NCBI GenBank assembly: GCA_003598085.1
Contig: QZKU01000045.1
Span: forward strand, 15,852 to 79,851
Length of the DNA: 64,000 nucleotides
Origin: Candidatus Abyssobacteria bacterium SURF_5
GTDB lineage: Bacteria; Abyssobacteria; SURF-5
Direction: 5' to 3'
A program made the translations under genes and the position numbers. A model generated the notes under the pieces. The model saw nothing but the letters and a program-made list of their open reading frames with translations. It did no database searches and was not told the DNA's origin. Positions within the stretch are counted from its first letter, which is position 1. The number at the start of each line of letters is the position of its first letter. This document shows positions 25,743-35,857 of this stretch, piece after piece.

Positions 25743-27146
25743 ATGGCGGAAATACAGTCCGGTAAAATTCATGTCGCCGCACCTTCATTGGAAGCACGCG
25801 AGAAACTACGCCTCAGCACTCATGTCTGCTACGGCGTTTCCCAGTTCGGCCTCAACTGTATCGGCACCGCCTTCGGAATCAATGCCCTTTTCTTTTACAC
25901 CACTGTCCTCAGGTTCGATAGCGTCCTCTTCGGAATTATCATGCTCATCGGACAGGCCTGGGACGCAATCAGCGACCCCCTCATGGGACACCTCTCCGAT
26001 AATACGAACTGGAAACGCGGCAGGCGGCGCCCCTTTATCATTCTCGGCGCCGTCCCGTTCAGCGTCGCCTTCTTTCTCGTATTCTCACCGCCTGCCTTGA
26101 GCAGTCAAAACGTGATCTTCATCTACCTGCTCGCGGCCGTGCTCCTGATGTTCACCGCCAGAACCGTATTCGAAACCCCCTATAATGCGCTTGCACCGGA
26201 ACTGACGCCGGATTATGACGAACGCACGAAACTCTCGGGGTTCAGACAATTCTTCGGTACCATCGGCGACGCGCAGGGGGCAATCCTTCCTCTCCTGCTT
26301 GTAAGCCTCTTCCACGAACACCGAAAGCCGGCTCACTTTGTCTACGGGCTTTTCGCCGCCCTGATCACGATCATTCTCGCAGAAATTACCCGCCGGGGAA
26401 CGTTTGAAAAGCCGAGCCGCATCCACCGCTCGCAGGTAAGCGTGGTCGATTCATTTATCGCCATGTCTCGAAACCGGCCATACCTCATCTTCATCTTCTC
26501 GAGTACCGTCGCCCAGATGAGCAACAACATCGTGACGTACCTCGTGCTCTTCGTAACCAAATACTGGTTCCTCAACGAGGCGCTCGCCACACGATTCTTC
26601 GCCTTCTTTTTCATCGGCTGTGTTCTGGCGGTCCCGCTATGGGTCAAGCTGTCGAATCTGCTCGGCAAGAAATGGACCTACATCCTCGATCTCACCGGCT
26701 ACGGCGTCCTTCTCTCAGGCATCCTCTTCCTGTCGAAGGACGCTCATCTCGCCGCCACAGTGGTGATGTTCTTCGCCGGTATGTTCAACGTCGGCCTCTG
26801 GATTCTTTCGGGCACCATTGCGCCCGATATCATCGAGTGGGATGAATACCACACCGGCAAACGGCGGGAAGGCGTCTACGCCGGCGTGTGGACCTTTATG
26901 TACAAGGCGGGAATCGGACTTGCCCTCATGATCGTCGGATTCGCCTTGAAACTCATCGATTTCAACGCCGACCTGCCGGCTCAGTCCGCCTCCACACTCT
27001 TTAAATTGAGAATCCTCTTCGGGCCGATCCCCGCACTCTTCCTCATCGCCGGCGCTCTCGTCTTCCTCCTGTACCCCATTACCAAGTCAAAGCATCAGGA
27101 AATTCGCCGGCTGATCCTGCAACGCCGGCAGAACGAGCAACCGTGA
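25743..27146 (+). CDS. MFS transporter, glycoside-pentoside-hexuronide:cation symporter-like
   Basis: 12 predicted transmembrane helices. GPH-family-like N-terminal D/R motifs (DAISDPLMGHLSDNTNWKRGRRRPF). Confidence 0.7.
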   Translation: MAEIQSGKIHVAAPSLEAREKLRLSTHVCYGVSQFGLNCIGTAFGINALFFYTTVLRFDSVLFGIIMLIGQAWDAISDPLMGHLSDNTNWKRGRRRPFIILGAVPFSVAFFLVFSPPALSSQNVIFIYLLAAVLLMFTARTVFETPYNALAPELTPDYDERTKLSGFRQFFGTIGDAQGAILPLLLVSLFHEHRKPAHFVYGLFAALITIILAEITRRGTFEKPSRIHRSQVSVVDSFIAMSRNRPYLIFIFSSTVAQMSNNIVTYLVLFVTKYWFLNEALATRFFAFFFIGCVLAVPLWVKLSNLLGKKWTYILDLTGYGVLLSGILFLSKDAHLAATVVMFFAGMFNVGLWILSGTIAPDIIEWDEYHTGKRREGVYAGVWTFMYKAGIGLALMIVGFALKLIDFNADLPAQSASTLFKLRILFGPIPALFLIAGALVFLLYPITKSKHQEIRRLILQRRQNEQP

Positions 27147-27180
27147 GCCTGCTTCTCCGTGTTTCCATAATTGATTCGGT

Positions 27181-27211
27181 TCTTCAATCAAAAATCCAAT
27201 CCCGCCTGGGC
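27181..27211 (-). terminator. Rho-independent terminator downstream of rpoD (minus strand)
   Basis: Hairpin TCCCGCC-TG-GGCGGGA at 27196..27211. Read on the minus strand it is followed by TTGGATTTTTGATTG. Confidence 0.4.
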
Positions 27212-27318
27212 GGGACTAAAATCCAAAATCGGCTGCGGCTCCGCCGCCTCGTTTCTTCTCCCCATAAAAAAAGCCGGACCACGCACCATGCGTGGCCCGG
27301 CGCCTGTTGCCTCTCCTC

Positions 27319-29073
27319 TTACTGCTCCTGAACGGTCCAGTCAAGGAAGCTCTTCAGCTTCCGGCTGCGGGTGGGATGCCGCAGCTTGCGGATGGCCTTG
27401 GCCTCGATCTGGCGGACACGTTCACGCGTCACGTTGAAAACGCTGCCGACTTCCTCCAGCGTTCTCGGGTAGCCGTCGCCGAGTCCGAAGCGCAACCGAA
27501 GCACCTTCTCCTCGCGCTCGGTCAGCGTCTTGAGGACTTCCTCGAGTTTCTCCTGGAAAACGGTGAAGGCGGCCGTGTTGATCGGCGACTCGATTGATCT
27601 GTCCTCGATGAAATCGCCGAATGTGCTGTCGCCTTCTTCGCCGATCGGCGTCTCAAGTGATATCGCCTCCTGGGCGATCTTCAGTATCCCGCGAACCTTC
27701 TCGACGTCCATGTGCATCGCTTCGGAGATTTCCTCGGGAGTCGGTTCCCTCCCGTACTCCTGCACCAATCTCCTCGAGGTGCGAATCACCTTGTTGATCG
27801 TCTCGATCATGTGCACCGGAATGCGAATCGTGCGCGCCTGGTCCGCAATAGCGCGCGTTATCGCTTGCCGAATCCACCATGTTGCATACGTCGAAAACTT
27901 GTAACCGCGGCGGTATTCAAACTTGTCAACGGCCTTCATCAGACCGATGTTGCCTTCCTGGATCAGGTCGAGAAACGACATCCCGCGATTGGTATACTTC
28001 TTGGCAATGCTGACCACCAATCGCAGGTTGGCCTCCACCAGGTCCATCTTCGCGCGATAAATGCCGGCTTCGTTATTCTCGATCCGCGAGATGAGCCCGA
28101 AGATACCCTGCTTGCTCAAACGCGTATCGTGATAAATCGTGTTCAATCTCCGCTGCGCGTTCTGCAGTTTCCGCTCCAACTCCACAAATCGGGCCAGCGG
28201 CACCGGAATCCGTTTCGCCAACCGCTTCGAATCGATCTGGCGCGATCGCAGTTTCCTGCCAAGCGCCTCGATCCTGGAGGCATCCATCTTCAATTCGTCT
28301 TCGATCGACTTGATTTCGTTCTCGGCCGATTTTATCTTATGGCGCAGATTCTTGATCCTCGTCGCGATCCTGCTCGCTTCTTTAACCTTTATATCGATCT
28401 CGCGCAGCGTCGCAATCTGCTTCGTCCGGATGGAATTGATCTCGCTTCGGATTTTCTTCTTCGTGCTGTCGGCAATGCGAGGGCGCTGCAGAGCGCGCTC
28501 GAGCCGTCCTATCTGAGCTTCGCTCTTGTTCAGAAAATCGATTATCTTGGGGACCCGCTCTTCGAGTTGCTTCAGTTTTCGCTCATCGTCCTCGCGGCTG
28601 ATGCTCTCGATCGAAGCTTTTCCCCTGACTATCTTCTGCAGGATCGGAAGGATTTCTCTGACCGCGAACGGAGTGCGAATAACCGTCTCACGCAACGCAT
28701 TTTCCGCTTGCTCTATATTCTGAGCTATCCGGATTTCCTCTTCCTTGCTCAGCAGCGGAACGCGCCCCATCTCCCGCAGGTACATGCGCACCGGGTCATC
28801 CGCCCGGTCGACGCGCGAGGGAGCAAACTCCTTCTCTTCTTCTTCCTCCTCAAGCGCTTCCTCCCCCTCTTCAATTCTCAATGTGTCTACGACATCGATG
28901 TCATGATCACCGAGAGTGAGGAGAATATCATCGATCTCGCCTGCGGAAACAACATCGTCAGGAAGCATGTCGTTGATCTCTTCGAAAGTCAGTTGTCCCT
29001 GCTTCCTTCCTTTTTCGATCAAGTCCTGAACGACGTCATGTTCGTTCAGCTTTTTTTCCAGCTCTTTTTCCAC
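27319..29073 (-). CDS. rpoD: Primary RNA polymerase sigma factor RpoD (sigma-70)
   Basis: Full regions 1.1 to 4. Motifs [56 protein letters not shown] and [20 protein letters not shown]. 584 aa. Located downstream of dnaG. Confidence 0.9.
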   Translation of the reverse strand: MEKELEKKLNEHDVVQDLIEKGRKQGQLTFEEINDMLPDDVVSAGEIDDILLTLGDHDIDVVDTLRIEEGEEALEEEEEEKEFAPSRVDRADDPVRMYLREMGRVPLLSKEEEIRIAQNIEQAENALRETVIRTPFAVREILPILQKIVRGKASIESISREDDERKLKQLEERVPKIIDFLNKSEAQIGRLERALQRPRIADSTKKKIRSEINSIRTKQIATLREIDIKVKEASRIATRIKNLRHKIKSAENEIKSIEDELKMDASRIEALGRKLRSRQIDSKRLAKRIPVPLARFVELERKLQNAQRRLNTIYHDTRLSKQGIFGLISRIENNEAGIYRAKMDLVEANLRLVVSIAKKYTNRGMSFLDLIQEGNIGLMKAVDKFEYRRGYKFSTYATWWIRQAITRAIADQARTIRIPVHMIETINKVIRTSRRLVQEYGREPTPEEISEAMHMDVEKVRGILKIAQEAISLETPIGEEGDSTFGDFIEDRSIESPINTAAFTVFQEKLEEVLKTLTEREEKVLRLRFGLGDGYPRTLEEVGSVFNVTRERVRQIEAKAIRKLRHPTRSRKLKSFLDWTVQEQ

Positions 29074-29177
29074 ATTATCACCCTTTGCGCAGCTAAATTT
29101 TCGCGGTGGTTTTCGGGACCCAGAGGTGTGTTGCCGTTTCCATCAAAAAATTTTGGGTTTACCTCCTTTTTCGAGTC

Positions 29178-31169
29178 CTAAAACGGTACCTCCCAATTTG
29201 GTCTCCCTTCTTGTCCCCCTTGCTTCTGTACCTCTAAAAGTTGCTTCCATGCCCGCATCGCGGCATAATCTCCCGTCTTTTCAGCCCGAGCCAATTCTCT
29301 CGGACCTATTTCGAACACGAGCGAAGCGAGTTCCTCCTGCTTCCGCCCCTCAACGAAAACCGAGATGCCGGCAAGTTCTTTTCTTGCTTGCTCCAACTCT
29401 CTCCGCGCCGCCACCTTCTGCGCTACCAACCGCCGAAATCGCTCCGTATCGCCGGCGCGCTCAGCCTCCGCTATCTCAGCCGTAAGCGTGCTCAGCATTC
29501 TCTCGCTCTGCCGGTTCTTGAATATCGCCAGCCACCACTCAACCGGATATATCAGCTCCGGACCTGCCTTTTCAAAACTCAATCGGGACAATAACTTCTG
29601 CGCTTCTTCATTCTGGACCGCGTCGAGCAGCTTGCTCTCGAGAAGAGCGACCTCTTTTACCTCCAAACCGACTGTCAACAATTCCCTGAGCGCCTCGTTC
29701 TCGATCATCGATAAATCCAGATTATCCTTTAATATCTCCCGGCATTCCGGCCGCTCGGTCAGCGCCTTAATCAGCCACAAGCATTGCTGCTCTTCGTGCC
29801 GCAACCGCTTCTCGTACTGTCTGGCCTCTATTTCTATTCTGTCTGTAAAATTGCTTTTTTGCGAGGCTTTGAGCAGCGTGTCCGGCTGAAGACCAAGTTT
29901 TCCCGCAAGTAACCTCAGGTACTCCTCTTTCTTGATCGGATCCGGCATCCTGCCAACCAGCGAAGCGAGAACGTTTGCGGTCCTTACCTTCGTCTCCAGA
30001 TTCCAGCCGCTGTGGCCGTGAGCACTGTCAATATGATGATCAATGAAATTCTTCGCATCCTTTGAATGGTGCACGAAGGCCTCAGACCCGTGCTCCAGCA
30101 GAAACTCGTCCGGATCTTTTGCCGAAGGAAGCGTTAAAACGCGCACGTCGAGGTCCTCGCCCAAAAGCACCTCGATTCCGCGCCCCGTCGCCGCCTCTCC
30201 CGCCACGTCCGAATCGAAGACGAGCACCACCTCCGATGCATACCTGCGAAGAAGCCGCGCCTGCGCCTGCGTAAACGCGGTCCCCAATGACGCCACTACA
30301 TTCTCGAATCCATTGACAGCCAATCTGATTGCATCTACGTAACCTTCGACGACGAAAACCGAATTCTTATTCGAGATCGGCCGCTTCGCCTGGTGCAGAT
30401 TGTACAGGGTCTCGCCCTTCCTGTATATCGGCGTCTCCGGCGAATTTATGTACTTCGGCTGGTTCTCCTCGAGCGAGCGTCCTCCAAAAGCTATCGCTTT
30501 CCCCATGATATCGAGAATCGGGAACATCACCCGGTTCCGAAATGCGTCATACACCCGGCCCTCGACGCTCTTCTTTGACAATCCTCCCTGGATCAATACG
30601 TCATGGGAAAACCCTTTTTTTGACGCTTCGGTGGTAAAAGCGTCCCACCCGGCCGGCGCAAAACCCAGAGAAAATCGCTGGGCAGGCTCGCCAAGCAGGC
30701 GCCGACGCTCGAGGTAAACACGCGCATGCTCGGCATCGGGCGATCTGTGCAGCTGCCGGCTGTAATACCCGCGCGCGAATTCGTACAGGTCGAACAACTG
30801 CTCCCGAAGACGTTGTTGCTCCGGAACAAAATGCGATTCCTTTATCTCGATTCCCACGCGCCCGGCAAGATGTTTGACGGCCTCCGCGAAGCTGAAACCC
30901 TCCTGCCGCATGAGAAAACCGAATACGTTGCCGCCGGCCCCGCACCCGAAGCAATAAAACATCTGCTTCTGCGCGCTTACGGTGAAGGATGGCGTCTTTT
31001 CCGTGTGAAACGGGCAACATGCCTTGTAATTGGCCCCCGCTTTCTTCAGCGCCATGTACTCGGAGATAACCTGCACGATATCTGTCTGAGATCGGACGTG
31101 CTCAACTGTCTCCGGGGGAATCCTGTAAGATGATGCCATTTTCTTAATCGAACCGTGCGCGCCAGCCAC
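29178..31169 (-). CDS. dnaG: DNA primase DnaG
   Basis: Zinc ribbon CPFHTEKTPSFTV...CFGCGAGG. TOPRIM motif VVEGYVD. Classic dnaG-rpoD adjacency. Confidence 0.9.
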   Translation of the reverse strand: MAGAHGSIKKMASSYRIPPETVEHVRSQTDIVQVISEYMALKKAGANYKACCPFHTEKTPSFTVSAQKQMFYCFGCGAGGNVFGFLMRQEGFSFAEAVKHLAGRVGIEIKESHFVPEQQRLREQLFDLYEFARGYYSRQLHRSPDAEHARVYLERRRLLGEPAQRFSLGFAPAGWDAFTTEASKKGFSHDVLIQGGLSKKSVEGRVYDAFRNRVMFPILDIMGKAIAFGGRSLEENQPKYINSPETPIYRKGETLYNLHQAKRPISNKNSVFVVEGYVDAIRLAVNGFENVVASLGTAFTQAQARLLRRYASEVVLVFDSDVAGEAATGRGIEVLLGEDLDVRVLTLPSAKDPDEFLLEHGSEAFVHHSKDAKNFIDHHIDSAHGHSGWNLETKVRTANVLASLVGRMPDPIKKEEYLRLLAGKLGLQPDTLLKASQKSNFTDRIEIEARQYEKRLRHEEQQCLWLIKALTERPECREILKDNLDLSMIENEALRELLTVGLEVKEVALLESKLLDAVQNEEAQKLLSRLSFEKAGPELIYPVEWWLAIFKNRQSERMLSTLTAEIAEAERAGDTERFRRLVAQKVAARRELEQARKELAGISVFVEGRKQEELASLVFEIGPRELARAEKTGDYAAMRAWKQLLEVQKQGGQEGRPNWEVPF

Positions 31170-31212
31170 CCTGAAGGCTCAATCCTTCATCCCTGAGCCT
31201 CTGAATCCGGCC

Positions 31213-32217
31213 TTATCTTCCTTTTTTCACTCTCGAAACCCTGCTGAAACCCGAGCAGGTCAATATCTCCACTGGACCGTGCCGCCGGTTAAGCTCGTCA
31301 AGAAACAGGTTCATCCCAAGCGCGTCGCTCGACATATGACCGGCAATTATCACATTCACGTGATGCTTCTTCGCCTCTTTCAGATGATCCTCTCCTATAT
31401 GCATCCCGACGACCGTGCCGACTCCGGCCTGAACAAGCTTCTCAAAGGCTTCTTTTGAGCCCCCCGTTCCGCCCGTCATATCCACAAACGTCTTGCCCGC
31501 CCTGTTCGTAGGCGAACCGGCAACTATCCTTGGACCCGCATTCTGCTTTGCGCTGTTCTGGTATTCCGGAATCTCAAGCAGAAGATCAATTATATCTGAA
31601 AGAAAAACCGGCTTGTGCCGGTCAAACTTTTTTTGTAGAAACTGGTTTACCCCATTGTCGGCCGGGGTGTGGACGCACACAAATGAAAGATCAAGCAGTC
31701 GCGCAGCGTCCACTGCACGGGTGTGATTTACTGGAAGAACTCTTCGCTCGACCTCCTTAATGCGCTCCTCTAGTATCCCCTCCGCAACATTTATCGGTAC
31801 CCCAAACTTGTTCAGGATATCCGCCTGCATCTCCATGACCTCATAAAAATTGGCCATCGCCCTGCCTTCCGGGTGATGGGCCACTATGAGATCAATCGGC
31901 TTGCCGTTCGCTCGCATCCGATCTGCCAGCAGAACTTCCGATATCTCTATATCGATCCCGACAAAAAGAGACTTTATCCGCTGATTGGCGCTCCCATGAA
32001 GAATTCGAGTGTCCGCGTAGGGGTTTGAGAATTTCTCTCTATCGAAAAAATCTTTCTGCTTCTGAGTTAGTTTTTCGAAGTTTTTCCGCTGCTTCTGGAG
32101 GAGAGCATCGAGAGCCTTTCTTCCCCTGGGATCATTCCGTATCCCCCAGTCTATCGCAAGCTTATAGAATTCACCCAGAGTGAGAAAGCCTTTGTCTTGC
32201 ACACGGAATTGTACCAC
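31213..32217 (-). CDS. Nif3-family dinuclear metal centre protein (YqfO/YbgI-like)
   Basis: Signature HHP motif (LIVAHHPEG). A second metal-binding region near the C-terminus (IIAGHMSSD). Confidence 0.5.
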   Translation of the reverse strand: MVQFRVQDKGFLTLGEFYKLAIDWGIRNDPRGRKALDALLQKQRKNFEKLTQKQKDFFDREKFSNPYADTRILHGSANQRIKSLFVGIDIEISEVLLADRMRANGKPIDLIVAHHPEGRAMANFYEVMEMQADILNKFGVPINVAEGILEERIKEVERRVLPVNHTRAVDAARLLDLSFVCVHTPADNGVNQFLQKKFDRHKPVFLSDIIDLLLEIPEYQNSAKQNAGPRIVAGSPTNRAGKTFVDMTGGTGGSKEAFEKLVQAGVGTVVGMHIGEDHLKEAKKHHVNVIIAGHMSSDALGMNLFLDELNRRHGPVEILTCSGFSRVSRVKKGR

Positions 32218-32266
32218 ATGATGGGTTTTTTGTCAAACAGACCGGCCGGTATGTTTTGCCGCTTTT

Positions 32267-32611
32267 TTAGGCAAATGTCGAGCTCAGGGCGCGACCCCCT
32301 AACACATGCGCATGAAGATGAAACACCGCTTGACCAGCGTCTCTGTTACAGTTTATTACTACCCGGTATCCTGAGGCTGCTACGTTCTCGGCTCGCGCCA
32401 CAAGCCGGCACGCCTGTAGGAGAGCGCCGATCTCGGCCGGATCGGTCGCAGAAATGTCATTCAGCGTCGGTATATGCTTCCTCGGAATAACAACCACATG
32501 GACCGGCGCCTGCGGCTCGATATCTCGAAAGGCAAAATATGCAGCATCCTCATAAACTTTCTTGGATGGTATCTCGCCATCCGCTATCTTGCAGAAGATG
32601 CAGTCGGACAT
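32267..32611 (-). CDS. HIT-family (histidine triad) nucleotide hydrolase
   Basis: C-terminal HLHAHVLGG histidine triad. 114 aa. Confidence 0.8.
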   Translation of the reverse strand: MSDCIFCKIADGEIPSKKVYEDAAYFAFRDIEPQAPVHVVVIPRKHIPTLNDISATDPAEIGALLQACRLVARAENVAASGYRVVINCNRDAGQAVFHLHAHVLGGRALSSTFA

Positions 32612-32624
32612 TCTCAGTCTCCTC

Positions 32625-33920
32625 TCATGGCTGCTGTACCGCCGTCCCCAAGGCCACGCCGCTCACTTCGTCAATTTCCTCGATCTGAACCGGCAAAATC
32701 TCGTTGATATAGTCGCCGCCTGCCTCCAACCTCACCCGCATATAGTTGGGGGTCAGGCCCCGGCAGAATCCGCCGCGCCGGTCATACGCCTCAATCAGCA
32801 CCGGCAGCGTCTTCCCCATGAATCGGCGTTTATAGCGAGCGGCAGTATCATTTCCCACCCGGATCAGACGGCGGGCGCGCTCGCTCGTCACGTTCGAAGG
32901 GACCTGCGGCCGAAATGAGGCAGCGCTCGTGCCGGGCCGATTCGAATACCTGAACACGTGGATCTTCACAAATCCGACCCTTTCCACAGCTTCACACGTC
33001 TGCCGGAAATCCTCTTCGCTCTCGCCCGGAAAACCAACAATAATATCTGTTGTCAAGCCGATATCGGGAAGTTTCTCCTTGATCCGGCTGATTCTCTCCG
33101 CATAAAACCCGGCTGCGTACCTGCGATTCATCTTCTGTAGTATCCTGTCACTACCGCTTTGCAGGGGCAGGTGGAGGTGGCGGCACAGCTTTTTCGAGCC
33201 GGCCATAAACTCAATCAGCTCATCCGTAACTTCATTGATCTCAATCGAGCTCAGTCTGATACGGTCTATCCTGCATTTCACCTCGATCTGCGACAGGAGA
33301 GCAACCAATGGGATTGGCTCTCGCATCGCGCCTGCTTCACCGGCTTGCCGCCCATAAAACCCGAGGTGGATGCCGCTGAGAACGACCTCCCTGTATCCTT
33401 GCCCCGAAAGCTCGTTTATCGTCGCCAGAACCTCTTCCGGCTCTCGGCTCCATAATGTAGGGCGCACGAATGGGATGATACAGTACGAGCAAAAGCACGT
33501 GCAGCCGTCCTGTATCTTCAAAAATGCTCGCGTATGCTCCGCAAAAAAGGACTGGCGCACTTCCCGAAGGATTCCGCCATTGATCAAGTTGCGCCCGCGC
33601 AAAAATTCAGCCAGCGCGCCCGGACTATCGGGAGAAAATACAAAATCCGCGCTCGGCGGCGCATTTGAGGATCGGACCCGATTGACAAAACAGCCGGTCA
33701 GGCCAATGAGCGCGCCCGGATTCTCCCGCCGAATCTTGCGCAGAGCCTTTCGGAATTTTGCGTCCGCGCCGCCAGTAACCGTGCAGCTGTTGACGATGAC
33801 CAGATCACACTGCTCCGTCTCGGATTCCGCCAATCCCCACGAAACCAGTGTCTCGCGAAGAACCTGTGAATCGCATTGATTCACTTTACAGCCGAATGTG
33901 AGGATGCGAAAGGAAGACAC
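32625..33920 (-). CDS. mtaB: Radical SAM methylthiotransferase, MiaB/RimO family, MtaB-like
   Basis: N-terminal MTTase domain (FGCKVNQCDS). Radical SAM CxxxCxxC (CTCFCSYCIIP). TRAM-like C-terminus. Synteny with rsmE as in Bacillus yqeU-yqeV. Confidence 0.75.
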   Translation of the reverse strand: MSSFRILTFGCKVNQCDSQVLRETLVSWGLAESETEQCDLVIVNSCTVTGGADAKFRKALRKIRRENPGALIGLTGCFVNRVRSSNAPPSADFVFSPDSPGALAEFLRGRNLINGGILREVRQSFFAEHTRAFLKIQDGCTCFCSYCIIPFVRPTLWSREPEEVLATINELSGQGYREVVLSGIHLGFYGRQAGEAGAMREPIPLVALLSQIEVKCRIDRIRLSSIEINEVTDELIEFMAGSKKLCRHLHLPLQSGSDRILQKMNRRYAAGFYAERISRIKEKLPDIGLTTDIIVGFPGESEEDFRQTCEAVERVGFVKIHVFRYSNRPGTSAASFRPQVPSNVTSERARRLIRVGNDTAARYKRRFMGKTLPVLIEAYDRRGGFCRGLTPNYMRVRLEAGGDYINEILPVQIEEIDEVSGVALGTAVQQP

Positions 33921-34664
33921 CTACAGTTCCCCTAATTCATAAAGCACAAGCGCCGCGGCAACAATGGCGGCGGTTTCGGTCCGCAGTATATTCTGGCCCA
34001 AAGAAAATTCCCGCGCCCCATTTCGCGCCAGCAGAGCCAACTCGTCTTCGGAGAATCCGCCCTCGGGTCCTATAAAGACGCTTATCGGGGCCGCCGCGGG
34101 CGCCGCCGACAAAACGTTTTGAAGACGCTTATCCTTCACGTTTTCGCTGGCCGCCAGGCAGATACTCCCCTCACTCAAGTCCGTTAGCGCTTCTTTGATA
34201 TTCTTAGCCGCCCTTATCCAGGGAATACATCGGCGCCCGCACTGCTTTGCGGCGGCCTCTGCAATCGATTCCAGCCGCTGCAGACGCCTCTGCAGGCGCT
34301 CATACGCGTCCGTGTACGGAGAACGCGCCATCGAAACAAACGTGATTCCGCCCACTCCCAGTTCGGTCAGCTTTTGCACGATCAGGTCTGATTTCGGGAG
34401 GCGGGGGATACCTTGCACAACGCTTACGCGCGCTTGCTCGGGAATGCACGGGGGCATCTCATCCAGGGCGACCAGGACTGCCTTGGCGGAAACTTTTCTT
34501 ATGGTGCCGGAATAGAGTTGCTGCGTCTCGTCAACCAGTTTGATCCGGCTTCCCTTTTTCAGACGAAGCACCTGGGAGATGTGCCGTGCATCCTGTCCCT
34601 CGATGGTCACCATGCGGCTCTTATCGATCCGGGACTGCTTGATGAAAAACTGATGGGTCGTCAT
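33921..34664 (-). CDS. rsmE: 16S rRNA (uracil1498-N3)-methyltransferase RsmE
   Basis: RsmE-family size (247 aa) with a C-terminal SPOUT-like region (IGPEGGFSEDELA). Confidence 0.75.
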   Translation of the reverse strand: MTTHQFFIKQSRIDKSRMVTIEGQDARHISQVLRLKKGSRIKLVDETQQLYSGTIRKVSAKAVLVALDEMPPCIPEQARVSVVQGIPRLPKSDLIVQKLTELGVGGITFVSMARSPYTDAYERLQRRLQRLESIAEAAAKQCGRRCIPWIRAAKNIKEALTDLSEGSICLAASENVKDKRLQNVLSAAPAAAPISVFIGPEGGFSEDELALLARNGAREFSLGQNILRTETAAIVAAALVLYELGEL

Positions 34665-34690
34665 CAGGCTGCACGCATCCCTGCGGGTTA

Positions 34691-35830
34691 TCAGGTGCCG
34701 AAGACTTCCTTGAATTTGTCAAGGAATTTCTTAGTGAGAGGCTGAGTTTCTTCGCCGCTGATTTTGGCGAATTCCTCGAGGAGTTCTCGCTGGCGATCGT
34801 TCAGCTTTGTCGGAGTCTCGATAACCGCCCTGACAAAAAGGTCGCCCCGCCCATGACTGCGAAGGCCGGGCATCCCTTTGCCCTTTACTCGAAAAATGTG
34901 GTGGGATTGCGTGCCTTTCGGAATCTTCAGTGAAATCTTGCCGTCCAGAGTGGGTACCCGAATCTCGGCTCCGAGGGCGGCCTGAGGAAAGGAAACGGGA
35001 ACTTCACAAATCAAATTATCGCCTTCACGCTTGAAAAAGTCATGTTCGCGCACATTTATCATGAGATAAAGGTCGCCATTGGGACCGCCTCTTGCGCCGG
35101 CCTCTCCTTCTCCGCGATACCGGATGCGGGAACCGTTATCGACTCCCGCCGGAACCGTTATCCGCAGCTTCCGCGTGGTCCGAATGCGGCCTTCTCCCTT
35201 GCACTTTCTACACGGATTCTCGAGGACCGCCCCCGCGCCCATACACCTGTGGCATGTGCGCGTTATGCTGAAAAATCCCTGCGTCTGCCTGACGCGGCCC
35301 GCGCCCCTGCACACCGGACAAACCGCTTGGCCGCTCCCAGGCTCGGCGCCCGTGCCCCCGCAGATGTCGCAATTGTCCAGGCGGGGAATCGATATCTCGC
35401 GCTCGAATCCTTCAAAGGCCTCTTCCAGCGTGAGGTCCAGGTTATATACAATGTCGTCTCCCTTTTGAACCCGACTGCGGCGGGTATCGGTACGAGCGCC
35501 GAAGAAGTCCTCGAAAATGTCGCCGAAGATATCGCCGAACGACCCAAAACCAAAATCGTTCATTCCTGCCCCAACGCCGGCATGTCCGAATTGGTCATAG
35601 TTCGCCCGTTTCTCCGGGTCAGTCAGAACGGCATACGCTTCCGCAATCTCCTTGAATTTCTCCTCGGACTCCTTATCTCCCTGCGTTCGGTCAGGATGAT
35701 GCTTCATCGCCAGCCTGCGATATGCTTTGCGAATATCATCCTCGGTCGCTCCCCGCGGGATGCCGAGCACCTCGTAATAATCCCGTTTTCCCATAGCTCT
35801 TGAGCTTAAGCAAGAGGACCATCTTTGCAA
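34691..35830 (-). CDS. dnaJ: Chaperone DnaJ
   Basis: J domain with HPD. G/F-rich linker. Four CxxCxGxG zinc-finger repeats. Confidence 0.9.
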   Translation of the reverse strand: MQRWSSCLSSRAMGKRDYYEVLGIPRGATEDDIRKAYRRLAMKHHPDRTQGDKESEEKFKEIAEAYAVLTDPEKRANYDQFGHAGVGAGMNDFGFGSFGDIFGDIFEDFFGARTDTRRSRVQKGDDIVYNLDLTLEEAFEGFEREISIPRLDNCDICGGTGAEPGSGQAVCPVCRGAGRVRQTQGFFSITRTCHRCMGAGAVLENPCRKCKGEGRIRTTRKLRITVPAGVDNGSRIRYRGEGEAGARGGPNGDLYLMINVREHDFFKREGDNLICEVPVSFPQAALGAEIRVPTLDGKISLKIPKGTQSHHIFRVKGKGMPGLRSHGRGDLFVRAVIETPTKLNDRQRELLEEFAKISGEETQPLTKKFLDKFKEVFGT

Positions 35831-35857
35831 GACGGCCCTCTCAGTGCAATGCTGTTC

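Noticed and set aside
29073-29178. Looked for rpsU (S21) expected in a classical rpsU-dnaG-rpoD operon
   Set aside because: No small basic ORF is present upstream of dnaG. The gene upstream is nif3-like, as in Bacillus, so rpsU is simply elsewhere.
27712-29181. 489-aa ORF on the plus strand
   Set aside because: It lies entirely antisense to rpoD. It is low-complexity and Arg/Leu-rich with no motifs. This is the typical spurious antisense ORF of GC-rich coding DNA.
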